A stretch of DNA of 64,000 nucleotides from assembly GCF_036365525.1 (NCBI RefSeq), contig NC_090411.1:30334432-30398431 (forward strand), written 5' to 3'. The position numbers and the translations under genes are program-made. The notes beneath the pieces were generated by a model. The model did not search any database. It had not been told where the DNA came from and saw nothing but the letters and a program-made list of their open reading frames with translations. The stretch comes from Heterodontus francisci. Lineage: Eukaryota. Below are positions 50,916-63,820 of this stretch, in pieces; within the stretch, counting starts at the first letter, position 1; each line of letters opens with the position of its first letter.

Positions 50916-51095
50916 CTGCTCGCTGATCTTATTCAATCCTTTCGCAAGTTGCTTCATTTGCTTGGGAATCTTCACTGACTTATTCAAGATGGAGCTCGTA
51001 ATCCTATAGGCGTCACTGAATTCAGAGATCATATATTGTAGAGGGTCTTGCCAGGAACTTAGAATATCAATTACAAGGTTCAGCAGGCGCTCACG
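50916..51095 (-). CDS. PRL: Prolactin exon 4
   Basis: tttcag|RERLLNLVIDILSSWQDPLQYMISEFSDAYRITSSILNKSVKIPKQMKQLAKGLNKISEQ|gtaca; 180 nt. Confidence 0.9.
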
Positions 51096-51284
51096 CTGAA
51101 AGTTGAACACATTGCAAATTAATGTTTTTTTAATTTTAAAGGCTAATTTATCAATCTTTATTCCTCTTTGGATCTGTCCTCAGTCCTGAAGATGGAGCAG
51201 GCAATTTATGCCCAAGTATATTCTTATAGTGCCTTACACTGTCAAATAGTTCACTGACACTCAATATCTAGGCTAGTATACCTA

Positions 51285-52500
51285 GTATAATAGATAAGAG
51301 AGAACCAGTGGATGTGGTGTATTTGGACTTTCAGAAGGCTTTCGATAAGGTCCCACATAGGAGATTGGCGTGCAAAACTAAAGCACATGGGATTGAGGGT
51401 AAGGTACTGACATGGATGGAGAACTGGTTGCCAGGCAGGAAACAAAGAGTAGGAATAAAAGGGTCTTTTTCCGAATGGCAGGCAGTGACTAGTGGGGTAC
51501 CGCAGGGATCAGTGCTAGGACCCCAGCTATTCACAATATATATTAATGATATAGATGAGGGAATTAAATGTAATATATCCATGTTTGCAGATGACATAAA
51601 ACTGGGTGGAAGTGTGAGCTGTGAGGAGGATGCAGAGAAGCTCCAGTGTGATTTGGACAGGTTGAGTGAGTGGGCAAATACATGGTAGATGCAGTACAAT
51701 GAGGTTATCCGCTTTGGTGGTAAAAACAGAAAGGCAGATTATTAACTTAACGGCGATAGATTGGGAAAGGGGGAGGTGTAGCGAGACCTGGGTGTCCTTG
51801 TGCACCAGTTGCTGAAAATAAGCATGTAGGTACAGCAGGCAGTTAAGAAGGCAAATGGTATGTTGGCCTTCATAACAAGAGGATTCTAATACAGGAGCAA
51901 GGATGTCTTGCTGCAATTGTACAAGGCCTTGGTGAGACCACATCTGGAGTATTGTGTATAGTTTTGGTCTCCTTATCTGAGGAAGGATGTTCTTGCTATG
52001 GAGGGAGTGCAGCGAAGCTTCACCAGACTGATTCCTGGGATGGCAGGACTGATGTATGAAGAGAGATTGGGTTGATTAGGCTTGTATTTGCTAGAGTTTA
52101 GAAAAATGAGAGGTGATCTCATAGAAACCTACAAAATTCTAACAGGACTGGACAGACTAGATGCAGGAAGGATGTTCCCGATGGCGAGGGAGTCCTGGAC
52201 CAGGGGTCACAATCTAAGGATAAGGGGTAAGCCATTTAGGACTGAGATGAGGAGGGATTTCTTCACCCAGAGAGTGTTGAACCTGTGGAATTCTCTACCA
52301 CAGAAAGCAGTTGAGGCCAAATCATTAAATATATTCAAGAAAGAGTTAGATATAGTTCTTAGGGCTAAAGGAATCAAGGGATACGGGGATAAAGCGGGAA
52401 CAGGGTACTGAGTTTGGACAATCAGCTATGATCATATTGAATGGCGGTGCAGGCTTGAAGGGCCGAATGGCCTACTCCTGCTCCTATTTTTCTATGTTTC
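51285..52500 (+). mobile_element. CR1 fragment in prolactin intron 3
   Basis: DVVYLDFQKAFDKVPH, GVPQGSVLGPQLF, FADD; CR1 3' tail. Confidence 0.9.
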
Positions 52501-52707
52501 TCTCTGCTGCCTTCCTTTCTTACTCACCTCTAAGTGGTGAATGAGAGAGCATTTCTGGGAGCAATTTCCTTGCCTGTCCTCTCAGCCAACAAGTGGAGTT
52601 TAGCAAAGACCCTAATTGACGAGGAATGAAAGATTTTCTGAAATTCAGAAGTGCATACAAATTTTGAGGGTTTTTTTCCTTCAAATTGTTTCGGCAGAAA
52701 TACTCAC

Positions 52708-52815
52708 ACTTGTTCTTAATGCATCTTCCTTGTTCTGAGGTGTTGCTATGGAGGAGGTGTGGCAACTGTTAATAACGCTGAAGATAAGATGTTGGCCTTG
52801 CATAAAATGCTGGAT
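52708..52815 (-). CDS. PRL: Prolactin exon 3
   Basis: taacag|IQHFMQGQHLIFSVINSCHTSSIATPQNKEDALRTS|gtgagt; 108 nt. Confidence 0.92.
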
Positions 52816-53071
52816 CTGTTAAAGAAAAAAACAAAAGAATTTCTAGCACCAGAGAAAACTGTTACATAGTGTCACCATGGTGCGCTGATGGTTGTGGGAG
52901 TGAATGTTTAAGGTGGTGCATGGAGTGCCAATTAAGGGGACTGCTTTGTCCTGGACAGTGTCAAGCTTCTTGATCATTGTTGGGGCTACACTCATTCAGG
53001 CTAACACGAACTAATTACTAACACTAATCCTCAATCAATGCCCATCTGATACCAATTCAACAACCAGTATA

Positions 53072-53266
53072 AATAAGATGGAGCTGGTGATCCTATACGT
53101 GTCACTGAATTCAGAGATCGTGAACTGTAGAGGGTCTCGCCAGGACCCTAGATTAACAGTTACAAGGTTCAGCAGGTCCTCTTGCTCAAATTTGAAAACA
53201 TTGCAAATGAGTTTTTTAAAATTTTAAATGCTAACTTATCAATTTTTATTCCTCTTTGGGTCTGTC
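53072..53266 (-). pseudogene. Orphan partial duplicate of prolactin exon 4 plus its upstream intron, located in intron 2
   Basis: Encodes QEDLLNLVTVNLGSWRDPLQFTISEFSDTYRITSSIL. The adjacent intron matches 51100-51178. Confidence 0.85.
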
Positions 53267-53428
53267 ACTATTTACCCTATTAGACTCTTTCAGAATTTTG
53301 AGGACTTCTGTTTGATTCTTTGTATATGGCCTTGACTTTATTTTTCGTCTGTCTCACTAAATCTAGATACATGGTTGTTGGGCAGACACTTTGGAAAAGC
53401 CACTTGGGTTCATTATAAATATACTCAC

Positions 53429-53613
53429 AAATTCATTGTACATATCCGTGGAGAGAGTATGCATCTGGTGGGAGATCTCAACAGCACGATCAAATAATTC
53501 ACTTATTGAAATTGTTTGGCATTCGCCATGTCCATTGGCACAAGTGGGCAAAGCCATCACAACACCAACCCTGGCCTGAACTCCAAACACCAACACTATC
53601 AAGGAAAGTAAGT
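53429..53613 (-). CDS. PRL: Prolactin exon 2
   Basis: ttctag|(D)LLSLIVLVFGVQARVGVVMALPTCANGHGECQTISISELFDRAVEISHQMHTLSTDMYNEF|gtgagt. Confidence 0.93.
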
Positions 53614-56159
53614 CTAGAAGAGAAAAGAAGGTTACAAGTAAGCTAAGTGCTAACTACATTAATAACTCAGTCATTCAGCCCAAGAAAGTTCCAGGTTCTA
53701 TCCCTGGACCATGTTGATCTCAACCAGGACTGTAGTGGTGCTACCATTCACTACTAGCTCAGAGACATTACCATTGGGCTAGTTAGGGAAAGTATTTCTG
53801 CTGCTGTTTGCCATCATTGGACCCTTTTCTTCCTCCCTCACCCCATTGGATAGTGTGCAGGTGTGGACTTAAGTGACTGAGTTCGGCTTGGCATGAGATG
53901 TTTTAATTCTTTCATGGGATGTGGGCGTCACTGGCAAGTCCAGTATTTGTTGCCCATCCCTAATTCCCCTTGACAATTGAGTGTCTTGCTAGGTCATTTC
54001 AGAGGACAGTTAAGAGTCAACCACATTGCTGTGGGTCTGGAGTCACATGTTGGCCAGACAGGTAAGGACAACAGATTTGCTTCCCGAAAGGACATGAGTG
54101 AATCAGATGGGTTTTTACAACAATCGATGATAGTTTCATGGCACCATTACTGAGACTAGCTTTCAATTCCAGATTTTTAATAATTAATTGAATTTAAATT
54201 CCATCAGTTGCCATGGTGAGATTTGAACCAGTGTCCCCAGGGCATTAGCCTGAGCCTCTGGATCACTATCTCAGTGCCATTACCACTACGCCACCATCTC
54301 CTCTGGTCTTGCGGCCTGAAGACGTTGATGGTGCAATGTAGCCACTTGGGATGGGTACTGTGAGGGAGGCTCAGCTGGTTCCCGAGGAATGGTACCTCAA
54401 CATGTGTCATTACCTTTGGCAGAAGAGGGGAGAAAATTGGAGATTGGCGGAAAGCAAGAAAAAGTCCTTCACGAAGAAGAAAATTCCTTTTTGGAATTCA
54501 GGAAAGCATGCATAATGGTTGCACGGTTTTTGCTATGAAGTCACTATTTTAACCTGCACCACCTGGTGAGAATGGGGTGGGTTTACGGGGAAACCTGTAT
54601 TACACCCTGCCTGATGTTTCGCCTATTGATCTCAAGCGGGCTTTGGGTTGGATTAAAGTGGAAGGCTGTGCAGCTTCCAGACTGCAAACAACACCCAGAG
54701 GGAGAAAATCACTGAGTCCTTTTTGTGAGAGTGCTGAGACTCAGGTTCCCCCTGAGCAGCCTGCTAACACTCAATGCCCAACCTTATACATAAAGAGTGG
54801 CTACCTTTGAGGCCTGCTCATGGAACTGTACTGAAACACCAGTCAGTGCATTTAGAGGAGGGGAAAGCAGAAGTGTAAAAGGCTATAAAATTGAAGAGTT
54901 CCTTCATTTAAATTACCCATTGTAATAGTCAGGAAGTAAAACAACCCTGCCACACTGAAACCCACCATAAAATTTCTCCTGGCTCTTGTAAGACAGTACA
55001 GTAAGATTTGTGTTGCTACCTTTTAAAAAGGGCTGCTACCTTTGTAACCTCCTTCAGTCCCGCAACCATTGGAGAATTCTGCGTTCCTCCAATCCTGGCC
55101 TTTTGTCTATGCCCATTCCCTTCACCCCACCATTGGTGGCTGTGTCTTTAGCCATCTAGTGCCCAAACCTCATTGCCACTCCACCTCTCTCTCATTCTTT
55201 AAGACACAGCTTACAACTTACCTCTTTGACCATACATTTGATCACCTGTCCTAATGTCAGCTTCTTTGGCTTGGTGTCCGATTATGTTCCTGCAAAGCGC
55301 TTTGGGACATTTTACTATATTAAAGGTGCTATATAAATGAAAGTTGTTGTTGTAATTAGATGACATCACATTAATTGAGGTACCCAGAGGATTTGCAATA
55401 GATGAATGGTGCCTCTCTGACTCACTGTAAGCAATGCATAAGAAGACACTGAGTCTGCCAGAACTGGACTCATCTGAGGTACGTCCTGCTGTGCTCACAA
55501 GGGGAAGAACAACAGTGAACTGTAGCAGTGAACAACACCTGTATATCAGATGAGGCATCTCAGGTTGGCATACAAGATCCCATGACGCTGTTCAAAGAAC
55601 AGCAGGGGACTGCTCCTGGCCAGTCTTTATCCCTCAACCAGTATCACTAAAAAAAAGCATTATCTGGCCGTTATCACATGTCTGTTCGTGGGAGCTTGCT
55701 GTGCACAAATTGGCTGCCATGTTAGAACGGTGACTACACTTCAAAGAAAAACTACTTAATTGGCTGTGAAGCACTTTGGAACATACTGAGGTCGTGAAAG
55801 GTGCAAGTCTTGAAATTTCTCTTTCTCCATAACGAGCAATGCTGAAATACAAAAGACATCATCACCCCTTTTTGAGCAGGATTTAACTTTTCCTCACTGT
55901 GAAAACACTTCATTTCCTCCAATCCAGTACACAACAACAAACATGCTATGAAAGAAAAGTTGTTAAGCAGCTACTTCACCCCCGCCTGTAAGGATCATCC
56001 GTTAAGTAATTCAAATCAGTTTCAATCCAATTCACAGTGGCCATGAGCCCAGCACAAGAACCGAACTCTAATTACTCACTGAGGGTCGGCATAGGATATC
56101 AGTAGTGAAATGGATTAGTACTATTAGTACTACTTGCTACTTCATACTACTGCTCAAAG

Positions 56160-56540
56160 GAGTTTGAGGGGGAGATTTGATAGAAGCATACAAGACTCTG
56201 GCAGGTTTGGATAGGGTAGACAAGGAAAAACTACTCCCATTAGCTGATATACAAGGACTAAGGGATTCAGATTTACTGTTTTGGACAAAAGATGTAGGAG
56301 GAAATGTGAGGCAGAACTGTTTATGCAGGGAGTGGTAATGACCCACGACTTGCTGCCTACGAGGGTGCTGGAAGCAGAAACGACGAATGATTTTGAAAGG
56401 AAGTTGGATGGGCACTTGAATTTCTTAAATTTATAGGGCTATGGGGATCAAGCTGGAGAATGGGACTGATTGGATTGCTCTGCAGAGAGCCAGCATGGAC
56501 TTAATGAGCCGAATGGCCTCCTTGTGTGCCATTATGACTC
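56160..56540 (+). mobile_element. CR1 3' remnant in prolactin intron 1
   Basis: gggggagatttgatagaagc...gccgaatggcctccttgtgtgcc. Confidence 0.7.
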
Positions 56541-56754
56541 TGACATTAGGAGGTCTCTTCTCAAGTTGGGTCTCAGACACATGGTTGGGCAGAGTGTGTG
56601 AGCGTTGCTCCATCTCTACCCCATGATCTATTTTTCCCCCTCAGAGCCCTTGATTGTGACACTATCTGCCTCATTCCATTCCCCAACACTAACATCCCTT
56701 ACCTGAATGAATGCATGAAGTCATTATCAAAAAAAAGTTTAGAAAAATCCATAC

Positions 56755-56794
56755 CTTTAAGAGAAATGTGACTACAGATTAGAAGGATGACCAT
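56755..56794 (-). CDS. PRL: Prolactin exon 1 (start of signal peptide)
   Basis: ATG GTC...AAA G|gtatgg (MVILLICSHISLK). Phase 1 matches exon 2, and a TATA box lies ~77 nt upstream. Confidence 0.75.
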
Positions 56795-56870
56795 TGTTGT
56801 CTGATGTTGGTTTAGACAGTGAAAACCAAAGCCTCAACTTGTCCTTCTGTTCCCAAAGGATTCAGAGCAA

Positions 56871-56902
56871 TTTATAGACCTGGTTATAATCATATTCATT
56901 AA
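56871..56902 (-). promoter_or_regulatory. Prolactin proximal promoter: TATAAA plus Pit-1 (POU1F1)-like site
   Basis: Minus strand reads ...ttaATGAATAtgattataaccaggtcTATAAAttgc. TATTCAT matches the Pit-1 core TATNCAT. Confidence 0.65.
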
Positions 56903-57079
56903 CTACATTGCTGCGCATGGCCCCTTAAACAATTAATATTCAGTTAGCACCTTTAACCACACCATTAGTCACTCATTGGAAAAATATTGTTTGCAACTAC
57001 TTAGTTAATATTTAGTCTTTTTCTTCCTGCTCAATGATGTCAAAACCTGTGTCCTTAATGTCCTTAGATGAAGCCTTAT

Positions 57080-57465
57080 ATCTCATAGAAACCTACAATA
57101 TTCTAACAGGACTGGACAGACTAGATGCAGGAAGGATGTTCCCGATGGCGGGGGAGTCCAGGACCAGGGGTCACAGTCTAAGGATAAGGGGTAAGCCATT
57201 TAGGACTGAGATGAGGAGTGATTTCTTCACCCAGAGAGTGGTGAACCTGCTGAATTCTCCACCACGGAAAGCAGTTGAGGCCAAATCATTAAACATGTTC
57301 AAGAAAGAGTTAGATATAATTCTTAGGGCTAATGGGATCAAGGGATATGGGGAGAAAGCGGGAACAGGTTACTGAGTTTGGATCATCAGCCATGATCGTA
57401 TTGAATGGCAGAGCAGGCTCGAAGGGCCGAATGGACTACTCCTGCTCCTATTTTTCTATGTTTCG
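57080..57465 (+). mobile_element. CR1 3' fragment, same subfamily as 52118-52500
   Basis: Highly similar sequence ctcatagaaacctac...ctcctatttttctatgtttc. Confidence 0.85.
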
Positions 57466-57653
57466 ATATTAAAATAATTAAAAAAGTATATTTTAGTTGG
57501 GTGAATAAGAAAGACAAACATGAATGTTGGAAATCTGAAATAAAAATAGAAAATGTTGGAAATATGCAGCATGTCAGTCAGAGAAAAGAAAGATCGGCTA
57601 AATCTTCATCCGAACTATGTTACAGGCAAAACCTGCTTTTCTCTCTCCTTTCA

Positions 57654-57654
<1 letters not shown>

Positions 57655-57690
<36 letters not shown>

Positions 57691-57710
57691 ATATATATAT
57701 ATATATATAT
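57655..57710. repeat. (CT)n/(AT)n microsatellite
   Basis: Directly visible. Confidence 0.95.
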
Positions 57711-57919
57711 TTATGGCACTGTTCGATGAAGAGCTGGGGAGTTCTTCCCAGTGTTCTGGGCAATATTTATCCCTCAACCAACAGCTAAAACTGATGATCT
57801 TGTCAATTATCTCATTGATCTTTGTGGGAGCTTGCTGTACAGGTATTGGCTGGCATGTTTCCTACATCGCAACAGTGACTACACATCAAAAGCAAGTCAT
57901 TGGCTGTAAAGTGCTTTGG

Positions 57920-60045
57920 AATAGGAACAGAGGAGCAAGTGTAGGCCATTCAGCCCATCAAGCGTGCTCCACCATTTAATTAGATCCCGGTTCCTGCACT
58001 ATCCCCATATCCCTTAATGTTATAAATATCAGAAATCTATTGACTTCTGTCTTGAACATGCTCAATGATTGAGCTTCCACAGCCCTCTGACGTAAAGAAT
58101 TTCAAAGATTCACCACCCTCTGAGTGAAGAAATTCCTCCTCATCTCAGTCTTAAATGGCCTACCACATATTCTGAGACTGAGTCCCCTGGTTCTAGACTC
58201 ACCAGCCAGGGGAAACATTCTATCAACATCCACCCTGTCACACCCTGTAAGAATTTTGTAAGTTTCAATGAGATCACCTCTCATTCTTCAAAACTCTAGA
58301 GAATGCAAGCCCAATTTCCTCAATCTCACTTCATAAGACAATCCCGCCATCCCAGGGATTAGTCTGGTAAACCTCCATTGCCCTCCCACTATGGCAAGTA
58401 TATTCTTCCTTAGGTAAGGAGACCAAAACTGTACACAATACTCCAGATGTGGTCTCACCAAGGCTCTATACAATTGCAGCAGTATATTATTACTCCTGTA
58501 CTCAAATCCCCTTGCAATAAAGGCCAATATAGTATTTTCCTTCCTAATAGCTTGCTGCACCTGCTTGTGAGCTTTTAGTGACTCGTGAACAAGGACACCC
58601 AGTGCCTTTTGGCCATCAACACTTCCCAACCTCTCACCATTTAAGAAATACTCTGCATTTCTGTTTTTTTTCTACCAAAGTGAATGACTGCACACTTATT
58701 CACATTATATTTCATCTGCCATGTTCTTGCCCATTCACTTAGACAGTCCAATTCCCTTTGAAGCCTCCATGCATCCTCCTCACAACTTACATTCACACCT
58801 AGTTTTGTGTCATCAGCAAATTTGGAAATATTACATTTGGTCCCCACATCCACTTCATTTATATAGATTGTGAACAGCTAGTAACAGCGTGCCATCCTGA
58901 AAATGACCCATTTATTCCTACTCTCTGTTTTCTGTCTGTTAACCAATTCACAATCCACACCAATATATTATTCCCAATCCCATGTGATCTAATTCTGTTT
59001 ACTAACCCCCTATGTGGGACCTTATCAAAAGCATTCTCAAAACCCAAATACACCACATCCACTGGTTCTTTATCTATGCTCCAAGTAACCTCCTTAAAAA
59101 ACTCCAACAGGTTTGTCAAACATGATTTCTCTCTCATAAACCAATGTTGAGTCTGCCCAATCATATCATTATTTTCTAAGTATCCAGCTATCACATCCTT
59201 TATAATAGATTCTAACATTTTCGTTATTGCTGATATCAGACTAACGGGTCTGTAGTTCCCGTTTTCCCTCTCCTTCCTTTCTTAAATAGTAGGCTTATAT
59301 TTCCTACTTTTCAGTCTGCAGGAACCTTTCCATAATCTGTAGAATTTTGAAAGATAACCACCAATGCACCCACTATCTCTATAACCATCTCCTTCAACAC
59401 TCTGGGATGTAGCTCATCTGGTCCAGCGGATTTGTCATCCTTCAATCCAGTTAATTTTTTGAGTACTACCTCTTTATTAATGCTAATTTCTTTCAGTTCC
59501 TCATTTTCACAAGTCCCTTGGCTCCCTAGTATTTCTGGGAGATTTTCTGTATATCCCTGCTTGAAGACAGTCACAAAGTAATTGTTTAGATTCTCCACCA
59601 TTTCCCTATTGTCCGTTATAAATTCTCCTGTCTCCGCCTGTAATGAACTCACATTTCGTTTTCACATACCTAAAGAAGCTTTTACAGTCTGCCTGTATGT
59701 TTCCCGCTAGCTTGCATTCATATTCTCTTTTCCCTTTCTTTATCAGTTTTCTAAATTGCTCCCAATCCTTGGGCTTACCATTTTTTTCTGACAACTTTAT
59801 AAACCACTTCCTTTGATCTAATATAATCTTTAACTTCTTTTGTTAGCCACAGTTGAGTCATCTTTCCTGTTGGGTTTCTGTGTATTGGAGGACTGTATAT
59901 TTGTTGTAGGCCATGTAACACTTCTTTAAATACTAGCCATAGCCAGTCTACCATCAAATCTTTTAGTGCTTTTTCCCAATCCACCACAGCCAACTTGCCC
60001 CTCATATCTTCATAGTTTCCTTTATTCAGATTTAAGACTGTTAGG
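57920..60045 (-). mobile_element. Longer degenerate CR1 LINE fragment
   Basis: Frameshifted pieces [58 protein letters not shown]. Confidence 0.9.
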
Positions 60046-62139
60046 AATGTTCTGAGGCTATGAAAGGTGATATAGGAGTGCAAGTCCTTTTTACTTTTTC
60101 TACCTTTTCACCAGGAATCTCACAGTAGAAATTGGGGAAAATACCTACTCCTATCGCAGTTTGTAAATGTTGAGGTATTTTGGAACAGTAGGGAGATGAG
60201 AGGTCCAACTGAAGCACACATACGGATTCCACTTCTGTAACCAAGTCTGTGCTGGTATGATAAAACAGAAAATACTGGAAAATGCTCAGCAGGTCTGGCA
60301 GTGTCTGTGGACAGAGAAAGTGAGTTTACATTCCAGGTCGATGACCTTTCATCAGGACTAGTCTGTACTAGTGTGTTTGGAGATGTCTGAAATGCTCAGC
60401 ATTTCCACTTCATGCCCTTTTCAAGCATGTGTTTGCTTATTGATGAGTTATAGAACTCAGTTAGGTTTGAATATTCATATTCTGCGCACCCTCAGGTAAT
60501 CCCCCAAACGGTCTGACATTCATTTGGCATTCATTAGTCTGAATATCTTTACCTGGAAGTGGAAGAAATTCTTAGGAGATGTCAAAACAAAGATTATCTG
60601 TCTTTTCTTTTCAGCAATTGGTTCCACAGTGCCCATATGTTCTCCAAGTGTACGAGTAGCTGTCTACGTACATAGAAAGAGATTGTACGTCATAAGAACT
60701 TCTAGCGGACAAAAAGACCACAGTCCATCTAGGCCCCCTTCCACCATCCAGTTTGTTCCACTTCCCCACTCTTTCCACATATCCCTGCAATTGAAAGAAA
60801 GACTTGCATTTCTATAGCGCCTATCCCGACCACAGGCTATCACAAAGTGCTTTACAGCCAATGAAATACTTTTGAAGTGTAGTCACTGTTGTAATGTAGG
60901 AAATGCAGCAGCCAATTTGCGCACAGCAAGCTCCCACAAACAGCAATGTGATAATGACCAGATAATTTGTTTAGTGATGTTGGATGAGGCATAAATATCA
61001 GCCAGGACACCAAGGAGAACTCCCCTGCTCTTTTTTTGAAATAGTGCCATAGGATCTTTTACATCCACCTGAGAGGGCAGACAGAGCCTCAGTTTAACAT
61101 CTCATCTGAAAAACAGCACCTCCACCAGTGCAGCACTCGCTAAGTACTGCACTGGAGTACCAGCTTTGATTTTTATGCGCAAGTCATGGAGTGACATTTG
61201 AGGCCACCAGCTTCTAACTCAGAGATGAGAGTGTGACCAACTGAGCCACCGCTGACACTAAATGCTCATCTTATATCCCTTCAGTTTTCCGCCCCCCTAC
61301 CCCACTACCCTGCACAGCAGTCCTGTGAGCTACAGTTCCTCAGGTACCTTCCTATTTCTCACCCGGACAGCCATTCATCAAGTTTTGAGCCGAGGTACCG
61401 AGGGTCAGCAGGCTACATGACCACAGAACATGTCATCCTGAATCTGTCCTTATCCAACATCAATGCGCACACTTCCAAGCAGGGTTCTCAGCAACAACAA
61501 CGTGTATTTATAAAGCACCTTTAACTTAATAAAACGTCCCAAGGCACTTCACAGGAGCAGTATGAAGCAAAATATGACACCAAGCCACATGAGATATTAG
61601 GGCAGATGGCCAAAGGCTTGGTCAAAGAGGTAGGTTTAAGGAATGTCTTAAAGGAGGAGAGAGATTTAAAAAGACAGAGAGGTGTAGGGAGGGTGTTCCA
61701 GAGCTTAGGGCCTAGGCAACTGAAGACAAGGCCACCAATGGTGGAGTGATTAAAATCCGGGATACTCAAGAGACCGGAATTAGAGGCGGACAGATATCTT
61801 GAAGGGTTGTGGGGCTGGAGGAGATTACAGAGATAGGGAGGGGCGAGGTCACGGAGGGGTTTGAAAACAAGGATGAGAATTTTACAAATCGAGGCATTGT
61901 TCAACCAGGCACCAATGTAGGTCAGCAGGTGCGGGGGTGATGGGTGAACGGGACTTGGTGAAAGTTGGGACACAGGCATCAGAGTTTTGGATCATTTACG
62001 GATCGAATGTGGGAGGCCAGCCAGGAGTGTGTTAGAATAACTAAGCAAACCTGCTTTCATGCAAAATGCTGGATGAGCATGAGTGAATCAGGCACTCAGA
62101 ATGCTAGAGCTAGAAACAAGAAAAAACTTGACTTTGTAT

Positions 62140-62860
62140 ATAGAGACAAATACAAGAACAAGGAAGTTATACTAAACTTTTACAAATCTCTGGTCAGATC
62201 TTGGCTGGAATTATTGTGTACAATTCTGTGAACCACACTTTAGGAGAAATATCAAGGCCTTGGTGAGAGTACAAAGGAGTTTAACTAGGATGATACCAGG
62301 TACGAGGGACTTATCATAGAATCATGGAATAGTACAGCACAGAGGAGGGCCATTCGTCCCATTGAGTCTGTGCTGACTCTTTCTAAGAGCAATCCAGTTA
62401 GACCCACTCCCCCACTCTTTGAACATATCCCGACAATTTATTCTTCAAGAAATTATTCAATTCCCTTTTGAATCTATTTCCACCATCTATGCCCTGTGGT
62501 TATCGACCCTTCAGCCAGTGGAAACAGTTTCTCTTTATTTACTCTATCTTCAGTGATGTCGAGAGATTGGAGAAGTGGGGATGGTTCTCCATAGAGCAGA
62601 GAAGGTTCGTGGGTTTCGATAGAGCAAGTATAGAGAAGCCATTTCCTCTGACAAGTGGCTCGCTAACTAGAGGCCATAGATTTAAAATAACTGACAAAAA
62701 AACTAGAGGAGAAATGAAGAAAAGCATTTTCACACAGAGGTTTGTTATGATCTGGAACACACTACCTGAAAGGGTGGTGGAAGCAGGTTTCATAGGAATT
62801 TTCACAAGGCAATTGGACATATACATGAAGTGGTTATGGAGAAAAAGCTAGAGTGTGGGA
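62140..62860 (+). mobile_element. Degenerate CR1 fragment(s) followed by a partial HE1 head (62862-62949, -)
   Basis: YKSLVRSWLE...TRGHRFK...FTQRFVMIWNTLP. Confidence 0.75.
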
Positions 62861-63277
62861 CTCACAGGGAGAGCTTGCAAACTCCACACAGGCAGTACCC
62901 AGAACCGAACCCAGGTCACTGGAGCTGTGGTGATAACCACTGTGCCACCCTTGTCCTCCCAGTCCTTACATTGAGGTACAGTAGTATTGTGGTTATGGTA
63001 CTGGACTTAAGTTCTCACTTGTGTGTGAGTCCTTTCATGGTTTCTCCCACCCCTTCCTATCTCTGTAATCTCCTCCAGCTCGACAACCCTCTGGGAGCTC
63101 TGCATTCCTTCAACTCTGGCTTCTTATTCATGCCCCAGTCCCTTCACCCACCATTGGCAGCCATGCCTTCAGCTGTCTAGGCCCCAGGCTCTGCAATGCC
63201 CTCCGTAAAGGAGAGAGAATTGGAGAGGCTAAGAGTTTTAGGGAGGGATTCCAGAGCTTTGGGCCCTAGTGTGCTTC

Positions 63278-63820
63278 TAAGGCCACAGCTGGAGTACTGT
63301 GTGCAATTCTGGTCGCCCCATTATAGGAAGGATGTGATTGCACTGGAGGAGGTGCAGAGGCGATTCACCAGGATGGTGCCTGGGATGGAACATTTAAGCT
63401 ACGAAGAGAGGTTAGATAGGCTTGGGTTGTTTTCGCTGGAGCAGAGAAGACTGAGGGGTGACCGAGGTGTACAAGATTATGAGGGGCATGGATAGGGTGG
63501 ATAGGGAGCAGCTGTTCCCCTTAGTTGAAGGGTCAGTTACGAGGGGTCACAGGTTTAAGGTGAGGGGCAGGAGGTTTAAGGGGGATTTGAGGAAGAACTT
63601 TTTAACCCAGAGGGTGGTGACGGTCTGGAATGCACTGCCTGGGAGGGTGGTAGAGGCAGGTTGCCTCACATCCTTTAAAAAGTACCAATATTCAAGGCGA
63701 TGGGCCAAGTGCTGGCAAATGGGATTAGGTAGACAGGTCCAGGTTTCTTTAATGCATCGGTGCAGACTCGATGGGCCGAAGGGCCTCTTCTGCGCTGTAT
63801 TATTCTGTGATTCTATTACC
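63278..63820 (+). mobile_element. CR1 3' fragment
   Basis: [32 protein letters not shown]; tail gggccgaagggcctcttctgcgctgta. Confidence 0.88.

Larger units (their letters stand above)
49477..56794 (-). other. PRL: Prolactin (PRL1-type) gene span, 5 exons; 227 aa as read, 231 aa to the ancestral stop
   Basis: Exons of 40/185/108/180/171 nt in canonical PRL phases. Signal peptide, N-terminal Cys loop, LFDRAV, CHTSS, SWxDPL and [22 protein letters not shown] are present. Confidence 0.9.

Noticed and set aside
49489-56794. Growth hormone, somatolactin or PRL2 identity
   Set aside because: The N-terminal Cys loop, LFDRAV..SH and HCFRRD.HKID.YL motifs and the 108/180-nt exons fit PRL1 best (phylogeny still needed).
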